Under the pieces are notes generated by a model. The model was not told the DNA's origin, ran no database searches, and saw nothing but the letters and a program-made list of their open reading frames with translations. From the NCBI GenBank assembly GCA_049070185.1, contig JBLYTW010000002.1:86260-110259 (forward strand): a stretch of 24,000 nucleotides of DNA, in the 5' to 3' direction. The position numbers and the translations under genes were made by a program. Source of the DNA: Mollicutes bacterium SLUWU-24. GTDB taxonomy: Bacteria; Bacillota_I; Bacilli_A; UBA3375. Below are positions 6,052 to 15,662 of the stretch, piece by piece (positions within the stretch are counted from its first letter, which is position 1; each line of letters begins with the position of its first letter).

Positions 6052-6939
6052 TTATTTTTGATACTTTGGACACCAACCAATTGCCACTGCTCCTGGTCCA
6101 ACGTGGATTCCGATTACTGGTCCAAGTTGAAAATTACCAATTGAATTATCAACATTTGTAAATTGTTCTTTAACAACTTTAAATAATTTTTTCGCATCTT
6201 TATCTGCTTGAACATGGGTATATAAAACAGTGTATTCCTCATCAATATTTTCAACTGTTTTAGCTACTTGATCCATAATCACTTTATAACCTTTTTTCGT
6301 ACTACGTACTTTAGTAAATTCCAAGATTTCACCTTCACGAACTTCTAAAATTGGTTTAATTCCAAAAATATTTCCTAAAGCAGCAATTGCTCCCGAAATT
6401 CTTCCACCATATGCTAAGAAATCTAACGTTTCTACCATTAAATAAATCTTGGCATTTTTTGAGTAAAATTGAATAATATCATTAATTTTATCTGTACTAA
6501 TTGCCGGATCAACTTCAATTTGATTTGCAATTTCAATTGCTGTTAATGAAGCTAGTTGAGCTACACTATTTGAATCAAAGACATCAATTTGTAAATTTCC
6601 AACCTCTTCATTATACATTTTTGCGGCAATTGTTGCTCCTTGAACTGTTCCTGATAATTTTGAACTAATTGTTAAAACAATTACACGATCGTAACCAGCT
6701 TTTTCAATTTCACTAAATTTATCAATAAAATCTTGTGCTGCTGGTTGCGAAGTTTTTGGTAAGTTTTTTTCTTGTTTAATGCGTTCAAAAATTTCTTTCG
6801 ATTGATTTCCATCTTTATGTGCTTCACGATATGAAATATTTTCAAAATTAATAAATAAAGGAATTATATAAAATCCATATTTTTCAATTAATTCTTCTTC
6901 CATATAAAATGTTGAATCGATTAATACTGCTGTTTTCAT
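6052..6939 (-). CDS. DegV-family fatty-acid-binding protein (FakB-like)
   Basis: 295 aa. It starts MKTAVLIDST and contains LPKTSQPAAQDF and the G-rich C-terminal GPGAVAIG, as is typical of DegV. Confidence 0.85.
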   Translation of the reverse strand: MKTAVLIDSTFYMEEELIEKYGFYIIPLFINFENISYREAHKDGNQSKEIFERIKQEKNLPKTSQPAAQDFIDKFSEIEKAGYDRVIVLTISSKLSGTVQGATIAAKMYNEEVGNLQIDVFDSNSVAQLASLTAIEIANQIEVDPAISTDKINDIIQFYSKNAKIYLMVETLDFLAYGGRISGAIAALGNIFGIKPILEVREGEILEFTKVRSTKKGYKVIMDQVAKTVENIDEEYTVLYTHVQADKDAKKLFKVVKEQFTNVDNSIGNFQLGPVIGIHVGPGAVAIGWCPKYQK

Positions 6940-6947
6940 TATTTCTC

Positions 6948-7784
6948 CTATTTAATAAATGTAAATCCAAATGAATTTGGACCAAAATGTGTTCCTGATA
7001 CAATATCTGCTTCTTTAGTTACAGTAATATCTAAATTATATTTAGCAAATAATTGCATAAGTGCTGTTGTTAATTTTGCCTCTTCACGAATAGAGGTATA
7101 ATAAACCTTTTTTGGTTTATATTCTTTAATTTCTTCTTCAATTTTATGGAAAATTGAACGATAACCACGTCCCTTTGAAGCAACGCTTACTTCATTATCT
7201 TCAACTTTAACCATAATTTTTAAATTTACTAATTTACCTATTAGTAATTGTGATAAATTAACTCGACCACTACGCTTTAAAAACGTTAATGATCCTGGAA
7301 TACCATATGTTAAGAAACCATTTGATAATTTCTCCAATTCTGGTAACATTTCATCTAAACTCTGTCCATCTTGACTTAATTGATTTGCACGTTCACATAA
7401 AATTGTTTCTGTCATTGCTACTCCTTTAGAATCAATAACTTTAATTTTATGATGTTCAGCTTCAGGTAGCATTGAAATTGCTAAATGAACATTTTGATTT
7501 GTTCCTGATAAATTAATACTTGGTGTTATCACTAAAACCTCATTATATTTAGCAATCATTTTTTCTAAAATTGTTACAATTTCTCCAGTAGCTGGTTGTG
7601 AAGTTTTTGGTACTTCTTTTACTTCTTCTATATAATTAAAATATTCTTCAAGACTTACTTCATGACTTTTAATTTCACGATTAGAAAAAGTTGTACTTAA
7701 AATTAATGTTTCAATATTACTTGCATTCATAACTTCTTGTGTTAACGAGATTGTACTACATACGATTATTCCTAAATTATTCAT
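6948..7784 (-). CDS. DegV-family fatty-acid-binding protein, second paralogue
   Basis: It contains VPKTSQPATGEI and a DegV-like layout. I prefer the ATG at 7784 (GAGGAG RBS; MNNLGIIVCST) over the track start at 7841. It overlaps the upstream stop by 8 nt (ATGAATAA). Confidence 0.8.
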   Translation of the reverse strand: MNNLGIIVCSTISLTQEVMNASNIETLILSTTFSNREIKSHEVSLEEYFNYIEEVKEVPKTSQPATGEIVTILEKMIAKYNEVLVITPSINLSGTNQNVHLAISMLPEAEHHKIKVIDSKGVAMTETILCERANQLSQDGQSLDEMLPELEKLSNGFLTYGIPGSLTFLKRSGRVNLSQLLIGKLVNLKIMVKVEDNEVSVASKGRGYRSIFHKIEEEIKEYKPKKVYYTSIREEAKLTTALMQLFAKYNLDITVTKEADIVSGTHFGPNSFGFTFIK

Positions 7785-8661
7785 TATTCTCCTCATAACT
7801 ATCCGTAAATTTATATTTTTTTCCTTCTTGTTCCCAACCAATTATTGAAGAAATATTAACATTCTTTCCACTAGCAAAAATTGATTTGTCAATTTCGGGA
7901 TTAATTGTGCGTAATTGAGCTAACATTGCTTTTACTTCTGCACGCTTTGATGAAGTTTTACCGGCTGCGACAACACAACCGCAATTCATTGCTTGTACTC
8001 CAGTATAATTAATAAAATGACGAATGTCAGATTCACGGATATAAACCATTGGACGAATCAATTCCATATTTTGGTAATTTTGCGCTTTTAATTTGGGCAT
8101 CATTGTATTAAACTTACCTCCATATAGAACATTAATCATTGTTGTTTCAATAAAATCATCAAAATGGTGACCCAGTGCAATCTTATTACAACCTAAACTT
8201 TGAGCATAATCATATAATGCACCACGTCGCATTCTTGCACACATATAACACGGATATTCTTTAGCAATTTTTTCAACAACTTTAAAAATTTGAGTATCAA
8301 ATATTTTGACATCAATTCCTAATTCTTTACAACCTTTAACGAGCATTTGATAATTGATATCGTGAAATCCTGGGTTCATTGCAATAAATTCTAATTCAAA
8401 ATTATAATGAGAATGTTTTTGTAGTTCTTGCAATAATTTAGCTAATAAATAACTATCTTTTCCCCCTGATAAACAAACTGCAATTTTATCACCATCTTTA
8501 ATTAAATCATATTCTTGAATTCCCCGAATAAACTTTGTCCATATTGGTTTTCGAAATTTTTTAATGATACTACGTTCAATTTCTGTTAAATCACGAACTG
8601 GATTATCATTAATCTCTAACTTACAATTTTCTACTTCGTTTAATTTATTTAAGTCAAGCAT
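7777..8661 (-). CDS. PP-loop ATPase, TtcA-like tRNA 2-thiocytidine/thiolation enzyme
   Basis: It has the PP-loop CLSGGKDS and cysteine motifs CYMCARMRRG and MNCGC. Size and layout fit the TtcA family. Confidence 0.75.
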   Translation of the reverse strand: MLDLNKLNEVENCKLEINDNPVRDLTEIERSIIKKFRKPIWTKFIRGIQEYDLIKDGDKIAVCLSGGKDSYLLAKLLQELQKHSHYNFELEFIAMNPGFHDINYQMLVKGCKELGIDVKIFDTQIFKVVEKIAKEYPCYMCARMRRGALYDYAQSLGCNKIALGHHFDDFIETTMINVLYGGKFNTMMPKLKAQNYQNMELIRPMVYIRESDIRHFINYTGVQAMNCGCVVAAGKTSSKRAEVKAMLAQLRTINPEIDKSIFASGKNVNISSIIGWEQEGKKYKFTDSYEENNE

Positions 8662-9710
8662 TAAATCACCTCAAATGGATTAGTATCAACTTCTGAAGCA
8701 AATGCTAAGACATCATCAAATAAATTGATGAAATCGGCAATTACATCATTAAAAATAATTTCAACATTATGACCCGGATCAATCATATTCATATTCATTG
8801 CTAAAGCTGCTTGGGCATCATGAAAACCAATATCTCCAGTAATAATAACATCACAATTTTTCAATTTAGCATCTAGTAATAAATCACTACCGCTACCACC
8901 AACAATTGCAACTTTACAAATGATTTGTTCACGATCACCAACTAAACGTACATGATCAAGTGAGAATAAATTCTTAATACGATCAGCAAATTGTTCTAGT
9001 GATACTGGTTTAATTGTTCCAATTCTTCCTAAACCAAATGTTTGATTAATATTATCAATTTCATAAATCTCATAATGAAAATCATTATGCATTAAACGAT
9101 GAAAACTTCCTAAATTTTCTTCCAAAATAAAAGTTGATAATTCCAAGATTTCATTTTCAACTTCAATCTCATCAAGACCACAAATTGTTTTTTGTTTACG
9201 CGTTATCGTGTGCTGTTCAATCACATTTCCTTTTTGACCACAACCACTTAATTTTAAAATTTCTAGTACTTTTTCAATATCTTTTGCTTCAACATCAATT
9301 AGTACTTTTTTATATTTTTTAGTTTTTAACGGACGTAAGATTGATAAATTTTTCATTTCTAAAACTTGAGCAAGCCAATCATTCATTCCATTTGAAGAAA
9401 TATCAACATTTGTATGCATTGAATATACAGCGATGTCATGCTTAATCAATTTACTAATTAATCTAACTTGTGGTTCCTTATAATTTAATGCTTTAATTGG
9501 TTTGAAAATTAATGGATGGTGTGAAACAATTACATCAGCACCACGTTCAATTGCTTCATCAACAACATCATCAGTAATTTCTAATGCTGTCATTACTCGA
9601 TTTATATTTTTTCGAGCATCACCTAATAACAAACCGACATTATCCCAATCTTCTGCAAGATTAGTTGGATAAAAAAACTCTAACATTTCAATTAGCTTAT
9701 TTAATTTCAT
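8661..9710 (-). CDS. Nif3-family dinuclear-metal-centre protein (YqfO-like, with an inserted middle domain)
   Basis: It shows EDWDNVGLL, VSHHPLIF and the C-terminal ITGD..FHDAQ...G...IDPGH. Its position after trmK matches Bacillus yqfN-yqfO. Confidence 0.85.
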   Translation of the reverse strand: MKLNKLIEMLEFFYPTNLAEDWDNVGLLLGDARKNINRVMTALEITDDVVDEAIERGADVIVSHHPLIFKPIKALNYKEPQVRLISKLIKHDIAVYSMHTNVDISSNGMNDWLAQVLEMKNLSILRPLKTKKYKKVLIDVEAKDIEKVLEILKLSGCGQKGNVIEQHTITRKQKTICGLDEIEVENEILELSTFILEENLGSFHRLMHNDFHYEIYEIDNINQTFGLGRIGTIKPVSLEQFADRIKNLFSLDHVRLVGDREQIICKVAIVGGSGSDLLLDAKLKNCDVIITGDIGFHDAQAALAMNMNMIDPGHNVEIIFNDVIADFINLFDDVLAFASEVDTNPFEVI

Positions 9711-10368
9711 TTTTAACTCCTAATGTTTTACATATATTTGCGTACTCTTGTTCCAATTGATTATTTTGATGTCCATTACTTCTAATTTCTTTAATTAGCT
9801 TTTCTAAGTGGTTTTTTTGTTCCAACCATTTTTTGGTAAATAACGATTCTGTTATCGTCTCATAACCAAAAAAGATTTCTTTATCACTTAATGTTTGAAC
9901 TCCTAATTCAGCAACGATTACTTCATAAATAATCCCCTCATCTTCAACTAAAATATTTTTACTAATTTTAAAACCTGATTCATTTAAAAACTTACGTAAA
10001 CGTGCTTCATTATTATTGGGTTGTAAGAATAATTTAACTTGCTTAAATTTTGTTAAATCATTTTTAATAATTTGTTCAATTAATTTTCCACCCATTCCTG
10101 CTATTATTACGCCACCAGTTACAAGATTTTCATCAACCGCTTGTAATCCATCACTTAAAATATGGGTTGTTTTTTCCATCAAACCAAATCTTTTTGTATT
10201 TTTAATTGCATTATCAAGTGGTCCTTGATTTACTTCGACAATAATTGCTTCACTTACACGCTGATTTTTTAATAATGTTAATGGTAAATAACCATGGTCT
10301 GAACCAACATCAATCACCTTATTACAATCAAATAATTGGTAAATTGCTTCTAATCGTTTATTATTCAT
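9697..10368 (-). CDS. trmK: tRNA (adenine22-N1)-methyltransferase TrmK
   Basis: It has the SAM-binding DVGSDHGYLP and a conserved position downstream of sigA. I prefer the ATG at 10368 (MNNKRLEAI), which forms an ATGAATAA overlap with the sigA stop. Confidence 0.8.
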   Translation of the reverse strand: MNNKRLEAIYQLFDCNKVIDVGSDHGYLPLTLLKNQRVSEAIIVEVNQGPLDNAIKNTKRFGLMEKTTHILSDGLQAVDENLVTGGVIIAGMGGKLIEQIIKNDLTKFKQVKLFLQPNNNEARLRKFLNESGFKISKNILVEDEGIIYEVIVAELGVQTLSDKEIFFGYETITESLFTKKWLEQKNHLEKLIKEIRSNGHQNNQLEQEYANICKTLGVKNEIK

Positions 10369-12289
10369 GAATATATAACTCCAATTGTTCCTTGTCAGCA
10401 AATGCTTTTAACTTTCTTTTTCCTTTTGTTTCAATTTGACGAATACGTTCACGAGTTACATCAAATAACTGTCCAACTTCTTCAAGCGTTAGTGCCTTAA
10501 CTATTCCACCAGTTAAATCATTAATTTTTGTTAGGATTTCAATTTGTTTTTCCGTAAGTTCAATAATTTTCTCTAAATACTTAATATTAGTGTCACGAAT
10601 TTGCTCTAAAGATTTTTCGATTTTTTTAACACGCTCTACGCTTTTTTTATCCGTTTTAACACTTAAACTTAAATAATCAGTATATTTTTTTTCATATTTT
10701 TCATTATTTTGACTAATACGTTTAACATATTTATCTTTTTGTTTTTCGGTAAGTTCAGTTGCTTCTAAAATACGTGTTTCAACTTCAGGACAAGTAATTT
10801 TTTCAGTTTCTAATTCTTCTTTAATTTCTTTAATTTCATTAAGTTTCTTTTCATGAGGTTCAATATCTAAATCGTATAATCCATAACGATATAATAATAC
10901 TTCTCCTTCTTTTTCTGGAATTTCTTCAATGATTTCTAATAATTTACGACGTAATTCAAATTTTTCACTTTCTTGTTCTTGCGTCATATGTTTATCATCT
11001 TCAATAAATGATTCTAATGAAGAATTATCTTCACCAATTGGCATTTCTAAAGCGATTGGATCTTTTGCGATATCGAAAATATGTTCGATTTCTTCAACAC
11101 TCATTACTGGATCAAATTGACGACCAATTTGTTCATAAGTTGGTTCTTGACCTAAACTTTGTGTCAATTCACGTTGAACTTTTGTTACTTTATTAATCGT
11201 TTCTACCATATGTACAGGAATACGAATAATTTTTGATTTATCAGCAATTGCACGAGTAATACCTTGACGAACCCACCACGTTGCATATGTTGAAAATTTA
11301 AATCCCGTTTCATAATCATATTTTAAAATTGCTTTTTCTAACCCTAGCATTCCTTCCATTACTAAATCAATTAAATCCATCCCACGATTGATATATTTTT
11401 TAGCAACTGATACAACAAGACGTTTATTTGATAAAGACAATAATTCACGTGCATCTTCATACTTTTCTGTTTCAAAGAATGTAAGTTCTTCTCCTGCTTG
11501 TTTTTTGGCATGAGTTTCGGCAATAATTCTACCAAGTTCCATTTCTTTTTCTTTTGATAATAATGGATAATCATTAATTGTTGATAAGAAATTTTTCACC
11601 TCATCTGTTTCTTGTTTTTTTCCTACACCTTTTAAAATTGAATCAATTGAATAATTTATTTCTTCTTCAACTAATTCGAATTTAACATCTTGTAATTCTG
11701 AAATTTCATTTTTTAATTCTTCACTTGAATAATCAATATCAACATTTTTAGAATTCAAATAATTTTCAATTCTCGCAAAAGCCATCTTATTATAATTAGG
11801 ACCAAGCTCTGAAGCTAACGTAACATCTAATGTTATATCAGCAATGATATTACTATTTTTACGTGCTACATCCAAAAGATAAGTTGATACTTTTTCAATT
11901 GCCTTTTCTTCATCTACATTAAATTTATTTTTAACAACTAATTCATTATCTGTTGTATCTACTTCAGTAGCTACAGTGTTTTCTCCTTCTTCATCAGCAT
12001 TCTCTAATAAATTAATTACATCAATTTTTTTCGCATTTTTTGGTACAGTTATATCTTTTTGTTTACACAATTCTTTTAACTCTGCTACTTTCATTGTTTT
12101 TAAATCAGCAGGTTGTGAACCAATTAAAGCATTTTCTCCATTATCTTCCAATAATTCTTCAACTAATAGTTTCACTAATTCTGGTTTCTTAATTTGTCCT
12201 TTAATTTGAATATCATTTTCTTCTGCCAACTCACGTAACTTTGTTACCTTTAAATTACTTAATTCTTCCTTAGTCTTTATGTTATTCAC
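10361..12289 (-). CDS. sigA: Primary RNA polymerase sigma factor (sigma-70/SigA), unusually long at 642 aa
   Basis: Region 2 reads FKFSTYATWWVRQGITRAIADKSKIIRIPVHMVE. Region 3 is present. Region 4.2 reads TLEEVGQLFDVTRERIRQIE. The GTG start overlaps the dnaG TGA (GTGA). See the findings for the extra segments. Confidence 0.95.
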   Translation of the reverse strand: MNNIKTKEELSNLKVTKLRELAEENDIQIKGQIKKPELVKLLVEELLEDNGENALIGSQPADLKTMKVAELKELCKQKDITVPKNAKKIDVINLLENADEEGENTVATEVDTTDNELVVKNKFNVDEEKAIEKVSTYLLDVARKNSNIIADITLDVTLASELGPNYNKMAFARIENYLNSKNVDIDYSSEELKNEISELQDVKFELVEEEINYSIDSILKGVGKKQETDEVKNFLSTINDYPLLSKEKEMELGRIIAETHAKKQAGEELTFFETEKYEDARELLSLSNKRLVVSVAKKYINRGMDLIDLVMEGMLGLEKAILKYDYETGFKFSTYATWWVRQGITRAIADKSKIIRIPVHMVETINKVTKVQRELTQSLGQEPTYEQIGRQFDPVMSVEEIEHIFDIAKDPIALEMPIGEDNSSLESFIEDDKHMTQEQESEKFELRRKLLEIIEEIPEKEGEVLLYRYGLYDLDIEPHEKKLNEIKEIKEELETEKITCPEVETRILEATELTEKQKDKYVKRISQNNEKYEKKYTDYLSLSVKTDKKSVERVKKIEKSLEQIRDTNIKYLEKIIELTEKQIEILTKINDLTGGIVKALTLEEVGQLFDVTRERIRQIETKGKRKLKAFADKEQLELYIHE

Positions 12290-13944
12290 TTCTTACTCCT
12301 TTTTTTAAAATACATATTTCCAATTGCCATTGTTTTTTGACCTGTCTTTAAAAATTCTGGTACTTTTTCGAAATTAAACTTATTTATATCCTCTTTACGG
12401 ATTTTTTCCAATAATTCAATAATTTCCTGATTATCACCAATAAAATCAGTTATATCAATATAGTCATATTCATCAAAGTATTGATAATATTTTTTTAAAA
12501 TTTGAAAAATTTCAATATAATCAATATCATCATTAACGTTTTGATCAAACACGTCAACGCCTTGATTAAACGCAAAAATAATTTCATTAAAATTATCTTT
12601 ACTTTGCAAACCATATTTAATAATCGTTTCATTCGATGTTGGTACTTTAATTCGACTCACAGTTTTTTTAACTTCAACTGTTTTTTTAACTTCTACTTGT
12701 GGTTTATTAATTTCTTGATCAATCATTAAATTTATTTGATTTTGATCAATTTGTGTTATCTGACTTACAACTTGTGTTACGTTTAAGCGTTTTTCTACTT
12801 CTAAACGACTTACATACTTTAATGCATGCTTCGTAAACTTTGTTTTTTCATCGATATCATTTAAATCATATTGTTTACGTAAATAATCAATTCGATATTG
12901 AAAATAACTTTTACGACGTTTCATTACAGTTTTTGCTTGTTCTAAAGTTGCAGTATTAATTAATTCATCAATATCATTAAAACGACCAAAATTAATCACT
13001 TTAATATCCGTTATATTTGCAGCTAATAATTTTTCTGCAGCATCAACAGTTGCTTTTTGACCTGCATTATCTTGATCTAATAAAAAAGTAACAGTTTCAT
13101 AACGATATTTTTTTATTAATTTAATATGTTCATCTGTAAAGGCTGTTCCCATTAATGCTACAACATTTTTTATTTTTAATCGTGCCAATGAAATTACATC
13201 AAAAAAACCCTCTACAATTATTAACTCTTTACTATCAATTTTTTGAGCATTATTTAAATTATAAAGAATTTCTTTTTTTCTAAATATCTTATCTTCACGA
13301 GAATTTAAATATTTAGGATTATCATTTTTTAAAGTTCGTCCACTAAATCCAACTATCCGTGATTGATCATCAAAAACTGGAATCATCAGACGATTATAAA
13401 ATTGATCTTTATTTCCTAATTGGGTTGCAATCAAACTTGCACTCACATCAGTTTGTTCCTCTAAATACGTCAATAATTTACTAGGATCACTTGGTGCAAA
13501 TCCAAATTGAAATGTTTCAATCATCTGCTCATCAATATTTCGACTTTCAAGATACTTACGAGCACTCAAACCAATTTGTTCTAATTTCATTACTACTTGA
13601 TAATATTTAAGTATTTCTTGATTCAACTCATGCTCAGGTTGCAATTTTACTTCTACTTTGGCAAAATTTACACCAATTTCTTTTGCCAAAACTCGTAATG
13701 CTTCTTTAAATGTTACATTTCGCGTTTTTTGATAATAACTAATAACGTTTCCCCCATTATTACAGGCAAAACATTTGGAATATTTTTTCTCACGATTTAC
13801 AGTATATGATGGTTTTGTATCCTCATGAAAGGGACATAATCCTACATAGTTATTTCCCTTTTTTATCAATTCCATATCGCGCGAAATAAATTCAACAATA
13901 TCAACTTGGTTAATAATTTGGTCAATCAATGAATCATTAACCAT
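12286..13944 (-). CDS. dnaG: DNA primase
   Basis: It has the CHC2 zinc finger (GLCPFHEDTKPSYTV...KCFACNNGGNVI) and TOPRIM motifs (IIVEGFFDVI, LLDQDNAGQKA). Confidence 0.95.
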   Translation of the reverse strand: MVNDSLIDQIINQVDIVEFISRDMELIKKGNNYVGLCPFHEDTKPSYTVNREKKYSKCFACNNGGNVISYYQKTRNVTFKEALRVLAKEIGVNFAKVEVKLQPEHELNQEILKYYQVVMKLEQIGLSARKYLESRNIDEQMIETFQFGFAPSDPSKLLTYLEEQTDVSASLIATQLGNKDQFYNRLMIPVFDDQSRIVGFSGRTLKNDNPKYLNSREDKIFRKKEILYNLNNAQKIDSKELIIVEGFFDVISLARLKIKNVVALMGTAFTDEHIKLIKKYRYETVTFLLDQDNAGQKATVDAAEKLLAANITDIKVINFGRFNDIDELINTATLEQAKTVMKRRKSYFQYRIDYLRKQYDLNDIDEKTKFTKHALKYVSRLEVEKRLNVTQVVSQITQIDQNQINLMIDQEINKPQVEVKKTVEVKKTVSRIKVPTSNETIIKYGLQSKDNFNEIIFAFNQGVDVFDQNVNDDIDYIEIFQILKKYYQYFDEYDYIDITDFIGDNQEIIELLEKIRKEDINKFNFEKVPEFLKTGQKTMAIGNMYFKKRSKK

Positions 13945-14794
13945 TTAATAACTCTTCCAATTCTGCAACTGAAACGACTTTTTCTTCATCAATGTCAATT
14001 TTTTCCCAAGTTGGTTCTTCATATTTACCCTTCATTTTTAAATTATGCATCCGTTCTTTTTGACTACGAATAAATTTTAATGCTTCAGGTACTGTTTTTA
14101 TATTATTTTTTTGCCATAAGCGTAAATTACGAATTGCAAATTCTTGATTAAAAGCATGATACATATTTGTTTTAATTGTATAATCAATTACTAAATTTAC
14201 TAGACATTTTGGATGTTTCATTTCAAAGATTGTTTCAAAAATAAAAATTTTATCTTTATTAGTTAAGTCAATTTGCCAACTTGCAAAGATTTCATGTGGT
14301 GCTGCTTCATTAAAAAATGTAATTGCATCTGTTTCAGAATTAATTACAAACGATTGATGATTAATTTGCATTTGATTTTTATTTAATATGTTTAAACTAA
14401 TTGCCTTAAAATATTCAAATTTAAACTGACCATCAATCACTACTTGTTCACCAATTGTCTTAATTTGCTCATCAGTAAAATTAAATACATCTTTTAATTG
14501 TATTAACAAATCATCTTCCATAACATTTTCTGTTGCTAATAATTCAACTGTTACTGCAATATTACTTTCATTTACCCCAACATTATAACTTATCAAACCC
14601 TGTTTTTTAAATTTATTTAAAATTAATTTAACATCACCAATTGTATAATTAAAATAATCACAAAACGGCTTCAACATTAATGCCGAATTTTTATTTTGCG
14701 TTTGGAGCATCAAATAAATAAAATATTCATCTTTACTAAATTGATGATAATCCTTCTGTAAACCAGCATCTCCCTTTACTGTTAATTCCACCAT
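13937..14794 (-). CDS. DnaD/DnaB_2-domain replication-initiation (helicase-loading) protein
   Basis: The C-terminal half, FFNEAAPHEIF...LVNLVIDYTIKTN...FAIRNLRLWQKNNIKTVPEALKFI, matches the DnaB_2 repeat pattern of Bacillus DnaB/DnaD. It overlaps dnaG by 8 nt. Confidence 0.6.
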   Translation of the reverse strand: MVELTVKGDAGLQKDYHQFSKDEYFIYLMLQTQNKNSALMLKPFCDYFNYTIGDVKLILNKFKKQGLISYNVGVNESNIAVTVELLATENVMEDDLLIQLKDVFNFTDEQIKTIGEQVVIDGQFKFEYFKAISLNILNKNQMQINHQSFVINSETDAITFFNEAAPHEIFASWQIDLTNKDKIFIFETIFEMKHPKCLVNLVIDYTIKTNMYHAFNQEFAIRNLRLWQKNNIKTVPEALKFIRSQKERMHNLKMKGKYEEPTWEKIDIDEEKVVSVAELEELLNG

Positions 14795-14795
14795 T

Positions 14796-15650
14796 TTATA
14801 TATCCCTCTTTTCTAATTTACCAAATATATCTATTAAATCTGGATCCAAATTCAGTGCAAGTGCATTTGTATTAACATCACTTGTCATCTTACTAATAAT
14901 TTCTTCTAACTCACTCTTAGTATAAAAATCAACATATGTTTTTTTATTATTTTCTCGATCTTTACCAACTGCTTTACCAATTTTCTTAGAATCCCCATAT
15001 AAATCTAAGTAATCATCACGAATTTGAAAAGCAATCCCAAAATCTTTTGCAATTTGTTTTAAGGTTGGAATTTTTACTTTTTCGTCAGTTACAATTGCAC
15101 CACTAACTAAAGCAAACTCAATTAATCTTGCTGTTTTTTGGTAATGAATTGTTTTCAATTCAGTTTCTGTTATATTTAAATTATCCTCATTTAGAATATC
15201 TAAAACTTGTCCATTAATCATTCCAGCCTCAATACCAATTGCATCTGTACATGCTTTGATTAATTCAATTTTTTGTTCAGCAGTTATTGGAGCTTTAATC
15301 AGTTGACTAAAACTATGTGTTAATAAACTATCGCCTGCAAGTAAAGCTATCGCCTCACCATACACAACATGATTTGTTGCTTTACCACGACGTAAATCAT
15401 CATTATCCATTGCTGGTAAATCATCATGAATTAATGAATATACATGAATCATTTCAATTGCCATTGCAACAGGAAAATATGCTTCTACATTAGAGACTTT
15501 ATTTTTTATATAATGCAAAAAAATCAACGGCCTAATCATTTTACCATTACTGATTAACGAGTACGCCATTGCTTCTTTTATCGTTTTTTCTGCATTGTAT
15601 TGTTCAATTTCTTGTTGTAAATAAGCATTAAATTGTTGTTTTAATTCCAT
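14796..15650 (-). CDS. ispA: Short-chain (E)-polyprenyl diphosphate synthase (FPP/GGPP synthase type)
   Basis: The first Asp-rich motif is LIHDDLPAMDNDDLRRG and the second is FQIRDDYLD. 284 aa. Confidence 0.85.
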   Translation of the reverse strand: MELKQQFNAYLQQEIEQYNAEKTIKEAMAYSLISNGKMIRPLIFLHYIKNKVSNVEAYFPVAMAIEMIHVYSLIHDDLPAMDNDDLRRGKATNHVVYGEAIALLAGDSLLTHSFSQLIKAPITAEQKIELIKACTDAIGIEAGMINGQVLDILNEDNLNITETELKTIHYQKTARLIEFALVSGAIVTDEKVKIPTLKQIAKDFGIAFQIRDDYLDLYGDSKKIGKAVGKDRENNKKTYVDFYTKSELEEIISKMTSDVNTNALALNLDPDLIDIFGKLEKRDI

Positions 15651-15662
15651 AAAATCACCTAC

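Noticed and set aside
1285-10401. N-terminal extensions in the ORF track that start at TTG or GTG (track starts 1305, 4613, 5479, 7841, 10401).
   Set aside because: In each case an internal ATG with a clear Shine-Dalgarno sequence (AGGTGG, AAAGGGGA, AGGAG, GAGGAG) gives a protein that begins where family members normally begin. The ATG choice also removes improbable long overlaps with the upstream gene.
10496-10876. An intein, intron or mobile-element origin for the sigma-4 insertion.
   Set aside because: There is no Cys/Ser/Thr at the N-terminal junction and no His-Asn plus nucleophile at the C-terminal junction. There are no endonuclease motifs. The segment is in frame, matches the host in composition, and I saw no flanking direct repeats.
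11371-11574. Minus-strand alternative-frame ORFs inside sigA (11371..11574) and inside topA (17283..17468).
   Set aside because: They are out of frame within strongly conserved genes, have no RBS, and translate to low-complexity, Lys-rich sequence with no recognisable motifs.
12659-12694. An 18-nt tandem duplication inside dnaG (encoding VEVKKT twice).
   Set aside because: There are only two copies, matching at 16 of 18 positions. It is in frame, within the poorly conserved linker of primase. It is likely a trivial slippage duplication.
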